A stretch of DNA of 64,000 bases from Eledone cirrhosa (lineage: Eukaryota). Made by a program: the position numbers and the translations under genes. Where the stretch lies: positions 38,750,001 through 38,814,000 of the forward strand of contig OZ024744.1 of NCBI GenBank assembly GCA_964016885.1. The letters are read 5' to 3'. Within the stretch, counting starts at the first letter, position 1, and the number at the start of each line of letters is the position of its first letter. Below are positions 11,772 through 24,800 of this stretch, one piece after another. The notes beneath the pieces were generated by a model. The model searched no databases, had not been told where the DNA came from, and was given only the letters and a program-made list of their open reading frames with translations.

Positions 11772-13762
11772 ATGGCTAATTCACCTCTGCACCAAGCAGC
11801 TGAAAGCCTTCCTCACAAATTAACACCTCACACCGACACCACCATTGTAAATGTTACTACGTTTGCCAACACGACAAAAAATATAAGCAGTAGCAATATT
11901 TTAAATTTGTCTCAGGCAGACATTCATTTCCCCCCATTACCAATGACTGCAGGTGTTAAAGCCTCCACCACCACCACCACCACCGCGACAACCACCACCC
12001 CACCACCACCGCGACAACAGAAACAAAAGAAGAAAAAAATAAATTAACTCGTGATGTCGAAATGAAATCAAGCAAAATGGACTCTTCCCCACCAAAGACG
12101 ACTGACGTCACCACCACCACAACTGAAACTAAAATTAATATTAACACAAATAACGATAGCAACAACAACAACAATGACATTATAAAAACCACCCTCAGTT
12201 TCGCCAGAGTAGCAAAACAGTTCGAAGCATTTACGGTAACTCAGGATGATTTAGAAAATGCCAAACAAATGGTAAAGAAAGATGGGTACAGGGTCAGCCC
12301 CCCTCCCCCCCCCCACCTAATAAAATGGAGCATCGGCGCCTATGCACCGTGTCGTATCGAACAATAAATGTAAAATTGCGCCGAGTGGAACTGGCATCCG
12401 AGTCCCAAATCCAAAAAGCTTTGGGACATGTGTGGGCAAGAAAAACCCACATCAGACGTGGGAAAAAGTATGGAACCGTGGCCGTGTTCTTTGAAACACC
12501 AGAGGAGGCTAGAGAACACTCCATGGCCCCATTAAGAAGTGACGACTTCACACTCGTCCCAAGCTATTGTGGCCAGAGACTCGTAAAGATCAGGGTGACC
12601 CACGTTCCACCGGCCATCGAAATTCCCTGGCTAATAGCGGCCGTCCTCGCCGGCATCGAAGCCAACACAAAAATAATAGCAATAGCAAAAGAAAAGCAGG
12701 AGAACTGGTCCGGATCTGGAATGGAGCTCCTGATCCAAGCGGACCAAAATAGCATTGAGGAGATCCCAGAGGTAATAGACCTCACTGACGGCAGCCACCT
12801 CACGGTAATTGTCGAGGGCAGAAGACCTAGGTGTGTCGTTTGTGGTGAAGGAACCCACCTAAGGGCTTTCTGCCCTCAGGCTAAAAGGTTGAGGCCACCT
12901 CTCCTACCCACCCCAGTGACACAACCATCAACACCACCACTAGCAGAGATGGCAGCAACAACTGTAGCAGCAACAACAGAAGCAACTATAACAGCAATAA
13001 CCCCAGCAACAGTAGCAAAACCAACACCACCACCACCACCAGCAAAACCAACACCACCACCACCCAACACTTCAGAACTAGCACCAGCGCCTACACCATC
13101 CACCACGCCACAACCAAAACTAACGCCTGTGGAGGATTTTCCACTCCCCGGCCTATCACAACTGGAGACAGATTGTGACGACGAGGAGTGGGAAACGATA
13201 TCCGGAAAAAAAAAAGAAACCAAAAAAGAAAAAATTCTCTTCCTTCCTCCTCCAAAAACAAAATACAGAGGGAAACAAATAAATTAAGAAACAAAAAGTT
13301 AGGACAGATATGCCACCATCCACACCAGCATCACCAACCCCATCAACCCAAACACCAACACCATCACCATCATTAACCCCAACAGCACCATCACCTACAC
13401 CACAAAAGTCACCAAAATGCGAAACAGAAACAAACCCACAACAAACGCAAACAAAACAAAACAAAACACACTACACAGCATTAAATTTGAACAACAAGCA
13501 ATTATTACACTACATCCAACACAACACCAGCATCACAGAAAAAGAATACACAACAACCCCAAAATTCACACCACCTCCACACATACAAATCACTCGCATC
13601 ACACAGAAAACGTACATGACACTAAAAAAATAATTCCCCAAAGACATCGGAGACTTCCGACAAGCACTCTCCAGGAGGATTTATAAGTACATCCTTCCTG
13701 AGGAGGCCACAAGCAGTGAAAAGGATGGAAAAACCGTCGTTCCCCTAGGAGAAGTAAGGTAA
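11772..13762 (+). pseudogene. Tx1 copy 3 ORF1, frameshifted in homopolymer runs
   Basis: ORFs 11772-12047, 12062-12367, 12325-13287 and 13310-13633, then FPKDIGDF...EVR* ending at 13762. Confidence 0.85.
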
Positions 13763-13796
13763 GTGGTCTTTCCCATCTTTTCCACTCCTTTTCAAC

Positions 13797-16700
13797 ATGA
13801 CCTCACTCAGAATAGGCAGCATAAATGCGCGTGGCTTGGGGTCGTCATGGAAGCAGGGCCACCTGCTCAACGACCTCAGGTCACTAAACATAGATGTAGT
13901 GGCCATCAGCGAGACCAGAATCTCCGAAGCACAGGCTTTCGCACCGATCTTCGGCGGCTACGATGTGTACGCATCTCCCAGCCGTCCGGGATCGGGGGGA
14001 GGAGTTGCTGTGCTTTTTCGAAGAGGTTTGGATCTTGCCATACGGGCCATCTTCCTGGACCCAGAAGGTAAGTTGGTGGTGCTGGACGTGACCAGCGGAA
14101 ACGGGCAAGCTTTCAGGTTAGTGGCCGTCTATGCCCCGACAGGAGCAGGGCGGCTTGATTTCTTCCGGCGTCTGGAGACCTTTCTTGGAACGTCCCGCTC
14201 TTTAGTGTTAGTGGCCGACTGGAACGGGATCTTAGATGCACGCTGGGATTGTGTGGGATTAGTGGATAGGGAAGGAGGGTGCAAGAGTCTCACCAACCTG
14301 CTCAGACGTTTTGAACTGTCTGACAGGTACCGAATGGATTTCCCGAATGTACCAATGTGGACTTGGACAAATCGCATAGGGTCATCCAGATCATATCTAG
14401 ATAGAGTATTTTGTAGGGAAATAGATAGGTCTAGCATAGGCTGTCCACAATTCAAGATAGTCAGCTACACGGACCACAAATTCGTGATCTGTGTGCTTGA
14501 CTTAGATAGGCTTCATAGACGAGGACCCGGCTACTGGAAGCTAAACGCGTCCTTACCAGCGCGCAAGGCCTACAGAGACCGGATTAGCGAACTAGTTAAG
14601 CGGGCGTTGACGGGGGCCATCGTCAACAACAAGTGGTGGTTTGCTCTGAAAAGAGCAATTAGAATAGAGTCCATTAGGTTTAGTAAGACTTTAGCAATAG
14701 AGAAAAATAGAGCAGAGGGAGAATTAGTTAGAAAATTAGATGAGGCGCTTAGCAAAGGCATCGCGACCGACGTACTTGCGGCGAAATTGGCCCTTGACCA
14801 ATTCTTCAATGCAAAGCACGAAGGCTGCGTTGTCAGAGCTAGGGTTCGTGCTCGCAGACACGAAGGGACGAAAGCCGTTCAATGGGCCCGAGTGGCGGAG
14901 GCGCGTCGTGGCAACAAAGCCACGATCCGGTCTTTGGTGGACCACGACGGGCGCATGCTACTCGATCCCGGGCAAATGTGTGAAGCTTTTCAGCGACACT
15001 TCGCTCAACTGTTCGGGAGCAGTGGCGGGCCGGATCGAGGGATGGACTTTAGTGTCTACCTCGACGGACTGCCGCGGCTTTCGGCCACTGAGGCGGAGTG
15101 TTGCGAAAAGCCGATAACAACCGCTGAAGTACGGGATGCAATGACTAGTTGCACAAGGGGTAAATCGCCTGGTTTGGATGGTCTGCCCTATGAACTTTAC
15201 GTACAAATGACAAACTTGTTCGGAGGCTTCTTGGCGGACGTCTACTGCAACTGGCAACAGAACGGGAGAATTCCCAGCTCTGTGAGCCGAGGAGCGGTGG
15301 CGCTGCTGAGAAAGGATCCGAACAAGGGGGATAACATAGATAATTTCAGGCCCATAACTCTGCTAAACACAGAGTTCAAGATTTTGGCCAAGGTGCTAGC
15401 AAAGAGATTGGCGCTTGTCGTTGGTGGTCTGGTGGGAGCGGCACAGACATGCGCCATTCCCGACAGATCCATCCACGACAACCTCCACCTCATGCGATAC
15501 ATCGTAGAGAGGGTAGCTAGGGAACATGGCACGGGTGGGTCTTTGATCAATTTAGATCAGTCGAAAGCCTTCGATAGGGTCGACCATCGTTACCTAGCGG
15601 CAGTCCTGAGGGCGGCTGGCTTTGAGCCCGTCTTCAGAGGCTGGATCGCTGCCATGCACAGCAACATCTGCTCTGTAGTGAGAGTGAACGGTCACCTTTC
15701 GGAACCGTTCAACATCATGCGCTCGGTCCGCTAAGGATGTCCCCTCTCGTCCCTATTGTACGTATTGACTCTTGAGCCATTACTGCACAAACTGGAGACG
15801 TTGAGGGGGATCCCGCGCGAACTAGGATGCAGAAGATCCGTGTCAGCATATGCCGACGATGTCACCGTAGTGGTGTCGAACGCCAAACACATCGAGGCAA
15901 TCGGCACTACACTAAGAGAATACGAAGCGGTGACAGGAGCAATGATCAACCAGGAAAAGTCAGTGGGCCTGCAGCTCGGCACCTGGAGAGGCAGGTCCAT
16001 GCCGTCCAACAGCGTCGTCGGGCATTGGACGGACGGACCGGTTAAATTGCTAGGGGTCTGGTTCGGTCCTGACCTCCAGACGGACAAAAACTGGGACGAG
16101 GTGACGAGCAGGGTGGCTTCTCTCACCCAGAAATGGGCCGAGAGGAAGCTATCCCTGAAAGGTCGAGCGGAGGTGGCGAATGCGTACATCGCATCCGTCA
16201 TCTACTACCGCCTGACCGTCGTACCTTGTCCTAAGCCCCGCCTGACTGCGCTGGAGCGTTTGCTCTTTCGCTTCTTGTGGAAGGGACGCGCTCCGATGGT
16301 CAGGCGGTCCATCTGCTGTCAACACCCGCTACGTGGAGGGCTGGGCATGCTGTGGCTGATGATGCGCAGACACGCGCTCAGGCCACGACATCTCAACCTC
16401 TTCCTCGACGGTGATCAGGTGTGGTTGCCGTTTGCTAGACACGTTTTTCCCCAGCTCGTCTCCTTGACGGAGCTGCAGTCCTGGGTCAAGCGAAGACCGA
16501 GAGGGAGCGCTTGGAGACTGGAATGTCTTCAGGCGCTCACAGCCCTCGACCAATCGGGCAATGTGATCGGTGGAAACTCCACCTTGGCGTTCTATAGGGG
16601 ATTAGTGGAGGGGAAGAGCGACGACGTACTTGGAGAAACTCTAGGCGTCGACGAAAATCAACTAGCCAATCTCTTCGGAAGGACTTTCGGGCCGGGGCCT

Positions 16701-17207
16701 ATGGACAGCTTCCAGAAATCCCTGGCCTGGCAGTGCTACCGGGGTGCTTTGCCAGTTCGGGATAAACTTTACAGGCATGGAGGTGCCGTCAGCCGGGCAT
16801 GTCCTGAGATGCGCACAGGGCGACGAAACCGTCCTGCACGCACTTGTGGGTTTGCTGACTTGTGGGTTTATGTCGAACACCTGCTGTCACGTGTAGGACG
16901 GATCCAGCTATCAGCTGAGTCCATCGTGAGGATTGCCCCGCCCTCTTCCTTTAGCCGGGAAGGGCAGGCAGTTTTTATCTGTCTGGTGGCCATGGCGAAA
17001 GAGATAGTATGGTGAACACGTTTGAAAGGGCTGAAGACGAGCACTTACCTCTTCGGTGATGCCCTGATTAACTTTTTCAAATTTCATCTGAAAAGGAAAA
17101 TCAGGGTAGAGAGGGAAGTGTTCTCTTCCCAGCATTTTGTTGAAAGATGGGTGAGAGAAGCAAGTATGGCCCGAATGAATGGGCCTTCTCTGAGTATGTG
17201 TCTGTAA
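13797..17207 (+). pseudogene. Tx1 copy 3 ORF2 (APE-RT-zf); stops at 15732 and 17013, indels near 16805-16850
   Basis: ORFs 13797-15734, 15756-17015 and 17022-17207 with APE and RT motifs. Confidence 0.94.
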
Positions 17208-17451
17208 ATTAAAGGTGGAAAACTGGGAGAGGGCACTTGCCCTGGTGGTCAGGGCCACTGTGGTCTTTTAATGGGCTTTCTCCACAAATGTCCCTCGGAA
17301 GTCTCCCCCCTATTGGGGAATTTTTTCTTTGTTATTTTATTTCATCCTCTGTTTTTTTTACACGCAGAAATGCCCATTTGTACCGTCCTGTATTGTCCTG
17401 TACTGTCCTTAATGTCTACTTTATGTAAACCCTTGTGGTTAATAAAGAAAA

Positions 17452-17452
<1 letters not shown>

Positions 17453-17541
<89 letters not shown>
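17453..17541. repeat. (TTA)n tail of copy 3
   Basis: Direct reading. Confidence 0.98.
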
Positions 17542-18749
17542 CGTTTATGTTGTTGTTGTCGTTGCTGCTGCTACTAGTTATTGATAATAGCTAAATTGCT
17601 ACTTGTTCTAAACTGTCTGTCACTGTCCGGGTTAGGTCTTGAAATGTCATGTTTAAAGACGTATAAATAGAAAAAAAATAGGTTCCACACTATAATGGGG
17701 CAGTGATTGTAGAGCGCGGGAGGAGAAACAAAGAGTTTTAGAATGAAGCTTTGGATGTGGGAATGGTGGGTATGTTAAGTTGGTTTATTGGAATTGCCGT
17801 GCTATGTTTGTCTGCCCTCTCGACTAACACCCTACAAAGTGTACAGTGCACTAATGAGTGTCTAAATAAATAAACCATTGTGTGTAATCTACTTCACATT
17901 CAATCTTAGGCGTTGTACCTGATTTCGTTATAGAACGAAGACTGGAAAAAAAAACCATTGCACGAAAAATGTATATTTACGCCAATTAAATACCAGTCAG
18001 TGACTCAGTTTCCTTTTTGTACCGGTCGCTATTGAGACCTCCGGTGTTCTCGTCCCCTGATGCTTACTTTTCCTCGCCAAATCGGGATGAGGATCATTCA
18101 TAAATAATATTATTTGCCCTAAAAAAATATAGATTTTCTGTAAAGCAATATGAGAAACCTAGACAACAAAGGAATCTCTACACGGTCCCAATGAGAAACC
18201 ACAACCATTTTCCCCTTAATTTAAATTCTACCTTCTTGTAAATGAATAATGTACGATGGATAATGTTGTCTTATACATACTGTCTAAATAAAACTTGTAG
18301 AGAAACGTGTGGATATCTTTCAATGATCGGTTTACTTAATGGGTTCTGACCTGTAACTAAATTATTACTTTTTTTTCGTATAACACTTCCCCAAAATGTA
18401 CGTTAGGCAGTGGAGTCGAACCTACCGTCTTAAAATTGCGAAGTAAACTTCTTAACCATTCGACCATGGTTTATCCGGACTTTTAAACAACCGCTTAATC
18501 ATAGACACACACACATTAGCACATTTGAGTGGCTTGATGATAGTGTATTATTTTCAATGAAGATATTTTTATAGGCCCTTCATTAAGTATTAAATTTAGT
18601 GAGTAAAACCAAAGGAGGACTTACAAATATATGTATTGCCGAGCATTTGCTCATGCCATTCATACCACCGCACGCGCACTTGTGATTAAGTGCTATGTCT
18701 TGCTAGTCTACCCGGTGGTGGGTAGTTCAATTATTATGTTAATATACCT

Positions 18750-18875
18750 AGAGTAGTGAATTATCAGAATTGTTAGAGCGTCGAACGGAATGGTTTGCGG
18801 CATTTGTTCCGGCTCTTTACGTTCTCAGTTCAACTTTGCCTTATAAAGTATACTACCAGTCAAATAATGGGGTTC
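18750..18875 (+). mobile_element. Degenerate SINE copy
   Basis: CGGCTCTTTACGTTCTCAGTTCAA.CTTTGCC...TACCAGT resembles the family core. Confidence 0.55.
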
Positions 18876-19429
18876 ATTAGGCGCGGACAATGTAATCCGA
18901 ACAATCTACTCTCGTGATTGAAATAAAAGGTTTAGTTGAAAATTCCGACAACATTACCGAATAGGAACATCATCCGATGAAGCCCAGAAGGTAAATAGAT
19001 GAGACATTTATAATTATAAATTCGATTGTATCTGCAGTGTGTGGGGTGGGTTGTGGTTGGCTGGGGTGGGAAGTGGGGTGTATGTATGACTGTGTAAATA
19101 TGTGCATTTGTAATTTTACGTGTGTGCATATTTCGTTTTATCTAGTTTAAGTCCCGGAAAAGCCTCCATCCCACGCAAGACATTATCGATTCAATAACAC
19201 AGCTGAAATAAAGCCATGAGCCCGTAGACAGAGGATGCAGCAAAAATATTCATGAGTAATAACGTTCGGAATTTGTTTATTTAAGATTCAAAGAGCACAA
19301 TTGTAAGACTACAATTCACAACGGTAACAAAAATAAAAATAAAAAATAAAAGAGGACGAGAAATTGGGAGGGTTAAACTCTATACCTTTGGCTGGGTGAT
19401 ATAGTTCAGCTGCTTCAACTACGTGGTCA

Positions 19430-19800
19430 AGATGGTGAAAGTATTGATGCAGAGAACAGCCAGCGACACCCTCTGTATCAGTTATTTCACCTCATGGGGA
19501 TTATTCTATGTGGGTGATGCTTACTTTCCGATTTGGTTGAAGAAAGTAACAGTCCGAGTATCGATGGCATAGGAGATCTCGATGGTGACCGGAACAAAAA
19601 GGAATCGATCAGTCGATGTCAAGTATTTAGTTGTGGGAAGCGTTGTCGGAGTTTGTGGTCGAAACGACAAATTTGGCACCGTAGAAAGTGTCGCAGTATG
19701 ACACATCTCAGATGAGTAATTAATAAAGAAAGGGAAATCAGCTAACGTTTGTGTTACAATTGGCAGCTTTTGACCATCTATCCGGTAGACTTTATTAAAT
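19430..19800 (-). mobile_element. Highly decayed CRE-like non-LTR retrotransposon remnant (REL C-terminus)
   Basis: Minus-strand peptides in the expected order: I*DVSYCDTF (WDxTCxDT), KY..DRFLFVPVTIE (KY..F.P.A.ET), IQRVSLAV..N (QRLS.A.QRGN). Confidence 0.55.
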
Positions 19801-20289
19801 ATTTAAGGTTACGTTTTTCTTATCAATTATTCTTGGTCACTGGTGAAAGGCATTTCTTTTAGTTTACGATGAACAATCTTAATACGGAATTCTAAGAGAG
19901 CTTTACAGATGACTGTGTGAGATGGTGGGGTATCCTGAACATCTCAATAAAGATAGGAGAAGTAAAGCTGTTTGGATGCTGTAGCAAAAACGCGGTCATA
20001 CAAAAAGGAACATAGCAATATGAATAACCAATGGACATCTAAAATAGATACTGTCACTTGAACATTAGTCATCACAGCCACAGCAGTACCAACAAACCAA
20101 TGAACACATAGAAATGACATTTCCAATAGAAACTGCCCTCTGTTTAGCCACAGCACAACAGAGATGCAACCCCTGTAAGTGAGCACATAAAAGATATCTA
20201 AAAAATAAATAATTACAAAAGATAATGGTTTCTGATTTAGGAACAAGGCTAACAATTTGGTGGGCAAAGGAAAGTTGATTAAATCGACA

Positions 20290-20440
20290 CCCAGTGCATT
20301 ACTGATGCTTTATTTTATCGACCTCATAAAGATAAAAGACAAAGCTAACTTCGGTGGGATTTGAACTCAAAACGTAAAGAGCCGTAACTTTATACGGCAA
20401 AGCATGTTGTCCGGCACTCTGCCGATACTGTCGATCCACC
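20290..20440 (-). mobile_element. SINE copy
   Basis: Reverse complement of the family core (TTTATTTTATCGACC...GGGATTTGAACTC). Confidence 0.8.
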
Positions 20441-21762
20441 ACCCTTTTCAAAAAATGATATAAAAAATACGCAAAGATCCACCTCATGGTCAACCATAAC
20501 AAAAATGATCTTTCAGACACATAATAAAAAAAACCTTTAAATTAATTAAGACAAGTCGTTTTCACAGTTTCCTGTAAATCGCAGAGGCATTTTTTATTAG
20601 TCTTGGCCATGCAAGGCAAAAACTTTTCCAATCTGGCTCACCTCAAAAATCGTTCGAAGACCCTCCCTGGTCTCTAAAGGTGTGCCAATGTAAGCACCCA
20701 ATGTAGTTAAATGGAAGATAACACATTATATAATGAGGCAAAAATAATTGTTTCAATGAAAACAAAAAATCATTAGTTTTAATGATAACACAAGAGAAGC
20801 TAGAAAACTCCGAAATTCAAGTTAATCGAGAATGAATGAGCGCATGTTGTGGAGTGAGTCTGGTGTTGGACGGTGACATACTCCGGACAAGGTTTAGTTT
20901 TATTAGACTTCCTCGGTAAAATTTAGACTTACTCCTACATCACTATTTCAGTTAATACGCATAATTTTTTGTTTTTGTTTTTGTGTCCTTTTTCTTTTTT
21001 CTTTTTTTTTCTTTTCCTTTTTGCTACAGCTCGTCACATTTTTAACTGGTGGCATTGAAGCTATTAATTCTAGAGCTTTTCATTGCTGTTTTTTGTTATT
21101 ATTATTATCGTTATTCGTATCTCTTTTTTGTGAACACTCTCTAATGATAGTGATTATAACAAATGTGATGACGGTGGTAGTAATGACTGTGGTTGTAGTT
21201 GTGGTGAGGAATGTGATATTGGCGTTCTTGTAGTTATTTCTCTTATTGGTTGGTGTTGGTATTGGTGTTGATGTTTGTGTTGTTATTTTAGCCGTTGTTA
21301 GGTTATTTCCCCATTTTCCTATCTATCTTGTCATCAATGCCAACGACGATGACGAAAATAGGTCGTCGTATTTTTTTTTCCGATGTGAAATGTATATTTC
21401 GTTGCTTTATATATAGATTTATTTATTTAATTCATTTATTTTATTTATTTATAGCTCTCTTTCTAGCTGTAGCAATGACCCCTATTTTACATTCCCATCA
21501 TTACTAACCAAGCTAAAGAGCTCGGCAGATTCTTTTGTAAAAGAACGTTGTTGGCTTTTTGTCGTTGATTTGTCATATTTATTTTGTTCATTTCTAATGT
21601 ATTTTCTTAGTTCTACATTCAACCGTGGTTTGACTGATTTGGCAAAGAATCGACCAATAATTATGCGTAGTATTTATATTTTTAGTTCAATTCACATCAC
21701 GGTTGCCTAGTCCATTCATCCTAACGAAAAAGTCGATATAAAACGCACTTACTGTTTTATGT

Positions 21763-21880
21763 GAAGGCGCGTGGTTTAGTGGTTAGAGAGTTGAATCCGC
21801 AATCGTAATATTGCGAGTTCAATTCTCGGGCTGGGTGATGTATTTTGTGCTTGAGCAAAACACTTTATTTCACGTTGTTC
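21763..21880 (+). mobile_element. tRNA-derived SINE head (second family)
   Basis: A-box-like TGGTTTAGTGG and B-box-like GAGTTCAATTC at tRNA-like spacing; no intact cloverleaf seen. Confidence 0.55.
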
Positions 21881-24800
21881 CTTCTGTCGGGAGTAGCGGC
21901 CGGTAGTTAGTATGAGCAATGGAAAAACCAATTGAAAGATTGTTTCCTTGGTCCGATTTAACGAGGTTCACTCGTCAAGCGAATGAGGTCTGAACGAAAG
22001 ATAGCGAGTTTTATGTAATTTATTGACGTGCAGCCTCGGGACAGCAAGGAAGTTGTTATGTGGTCACTTGAACTGCTAGAAATACAAAACAGATATCCCC
22101 CAAATTCCTTCTCCACCTTGCCACTTTAAAAATGATACACTTCGTAATGTGGGCCTTTTATCATAAATCTGCTCTACCAGAGTTGACTTGGAGCCTACAA
22201 AAACACCATGAAGTCGTTTGCCAATTCCAAGAAGAATTGCATTCTATCTGGAAGAGCACAACACCGCACTAAATCAGTTGTTTTGTTTTATTATGTTATC
22301 CATATAGGGTAAAAGCAAGAGTATTCACTGGCCAGGTTGAACGCCGGAAATTTGTTACTTGGCATTTGAAGAGAGAAATCAACACTAATCAGCGTCTTTT
22401 GTTGGGTTAAAATTCTTGTTAGGATGGTTGCTTTCGTGTTCAGGTAAAAACAAATTATTATATATATTATTGCTATTGATATTGCCATTGTTAAGCTGAT
22501 CAAACGTGAAAAAACCTGAGCCAACCTAACCATCCCGGCCGAAGCGATGTAGACAAAGCAGCCGAGGACCACTATATTTAGCTGCATTTCGGTGTGGACC
22601 CGCAAAGCGGAACTTACCCAACAAGCTGAGGTAGAGGTTGCACGGAAATGCATCCGAAAGGACATAAAGTATATAGAAAAGGGCAAACAATTTGTCACTA
22701 TCTTGGTGCTGTTTAAATTCGAGACCTTTGCAATAAAGCACTCAGTGACCCCTGTAGGGAAGATCATGTTGTGGTGCACCTGTTCCACATAGACAGGAGA
22801 ACAGTGAGAGTCCGCATTCCCAGGATCCTGCCAGGACTGGAATTGTGGTAGTTCCTGCGGTGCATAATCGAGGAGGGTATTGATGCTTCCCTCATCGATG
22901 TCACCAAAACTGCCCGAGAAGACTTGTTGGCGTGAATTTAGAGATCCGAATTAAACTGGAACAGCTAAAAATCATGCCGGATGATGATCGCCTCCAAAGC
23001 GGGACTGTGATATAGGTGGTTACTAAGTGCAAAAGGCCGCATTGTTTTATATGCAGCGAAATAACACATCTGTAAACCATCTGCCTTAGCTAAACAATGC
23101 AGGGTGCGGAAACCTCCGTTGCTACAAACACCAGTACCAGGTCGTAAAACCTCACTACCAGCAACGCCAGCAATGGCAGCAACAACAATAACACAAGCAA
23201 GGACAACCAAAACCACCCAGGAAGTCTCCCGAATAAGCTCTCTCCTCCCTCTTTCAAACACACATACAGACCAACATTCACAAACCCGTAAACATACTCC
23301 CATTTCCCTCTGACACATCTCCGAGTGAAGATGAGGTGGAACCCCATAAAAAGAAATATACATCTTCACACACACCAACACAACACACAAAACAGACACA
23401 ATTCAAAGTAGATGACTATACAGGCCACAAATAAACTTCATAGGCAAAGACCCGGCTACTAGAAGCTGATCGCAACTTTTCCGGTGCGCAAAGCCTGTGA
23501 ATTAGTTGAGCCGGCGTCGACGGAGACAAGGGTGGTTTACGCTGAAAGGGCAATTAGAGTAGAATCGATACGGTTTAGTAAAGGAGTAGGGATAGATAAA
23601 ACTAGACTAGAGGGTGAGCTAATTAGAAAGTTAGAAGAGGCTTTTAGGAAAGTAAACGCAGTTGACGTGCCTGCGGCGAGATAGGCACTCGACCAATTAT
23701 TAAATACAAAGCACGAAGGCTGCGTTGTCTGAGCTAGGGTGCGTGCTCTAGGCACCATAAGGGAAAAGCCGTTCAATGGGCCCGAGTGGTGGTGGCGTGG
23801 CATGGCAACAAATCCACAATCCGGTTTTAACGGATGACAACGGACGCATGTTATTCGCTCTCAAGCCGCTGTGTGCGGCTTTTTATCAGCACTTCATTCA
23901 ACTCTTCGAGTGCGCTGGTGGGCCATTTGAGATGAACTTTAGTGCATACCTCGAACATGGCTCTCGAACATGGAATTGGTGTGTTGCGAAAGGCCGATAA
24001 CAGCTGTTGAGATACAGAAGGCCATGACTGGGTGCACGAGGGGAAAATCACCCATTTTGTGTGGTCTTCTCTACGAGCCTTACATTTATATGCTAGACAT
24101 GTTCGGTGACTTCTTGGCTACATTTATTGCAACTGGCAGTAGAACGGTGGAATTCTCAGTTCTGTGAGCCATGGAACGGGGGAGTTTCTGCAAAGAGACC
24201 TGAACAAAGGAGACTGTATTGATAATGTTAGACCTATAACTCTGCTAAATGCAGAGTTTAAAATTTTAACTAAGGTGTTAGCGACGATCTTGGCGCTTGT
24301 TGTCGGTGATTTAATGGTGGAAGCACGAACATGCACCATGCTAAACAAATCCATCCACCGTAACATCCATTCTCATGCGGTACATAATAGAGAGGGTGGC
24401 TAAAGAACCTGACACGGGTGGGGCGCTGATCAATTTAGATCATCAAAAGCATTCGATAGGGTCGACCAACGCTACATTTTGGCAGGCCTCGGGGCAGACA
24501 GCTTCGTTCCAGTTTTCAGTGGCTGGATCGCTGCCATGCACAGCGACATGTACTCTGTGTTGAGAGGGAACGGTCACCTTTCGGAACCGTTCAACATCAT
24601 GCGCTCGATCCGCCTAAGATGCCCTCTTTCGTCCCTGTTGTACGTATTGACTCTCGAGCCATTACTGCACAAACTGGAGACGCGGAGGGGCGTTCCGCGC
24701 GAACTGGGATGCGGTATGCGAATGGTTACATTTTGAAACCGTAATCATAATCTCATGCGTTCGCTTTGCCATGGATGTCTGTTTTCGTCCCTTTTGTACG

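Larger units (their letters stand above)
11563..17452 (+). mobile_element. Tx1-clade non-LTR retrotransposon copy 3 (ORF2 family A), near full length
   Basis: 5' UTR, ORF1 with CVVCGEGTHLRAFC, ORF2 645-aa and 419-aa segments, AATAAA at 17441 and (TTA)n tail. Confidence 0.94.

Noticed and set aside
459-16201. Numerous antisense ORFs over the Tx1 elements
   Set aside because: Shadow frames of GC-rich or low-complexity coding sequence; their recurrence follows from ORF2 similarity
1-17541. Simple tandem duplication or LTR-retrotransposon array
   Set aside because: Adjacent units differ in ORF1, ORF2 family and UTRs; no LTRs, integrase or protease
21763-21840. tRNA gene
   Set aside because: A/B boxes present but no complete cloverleaf seen; better explained as a SINE head
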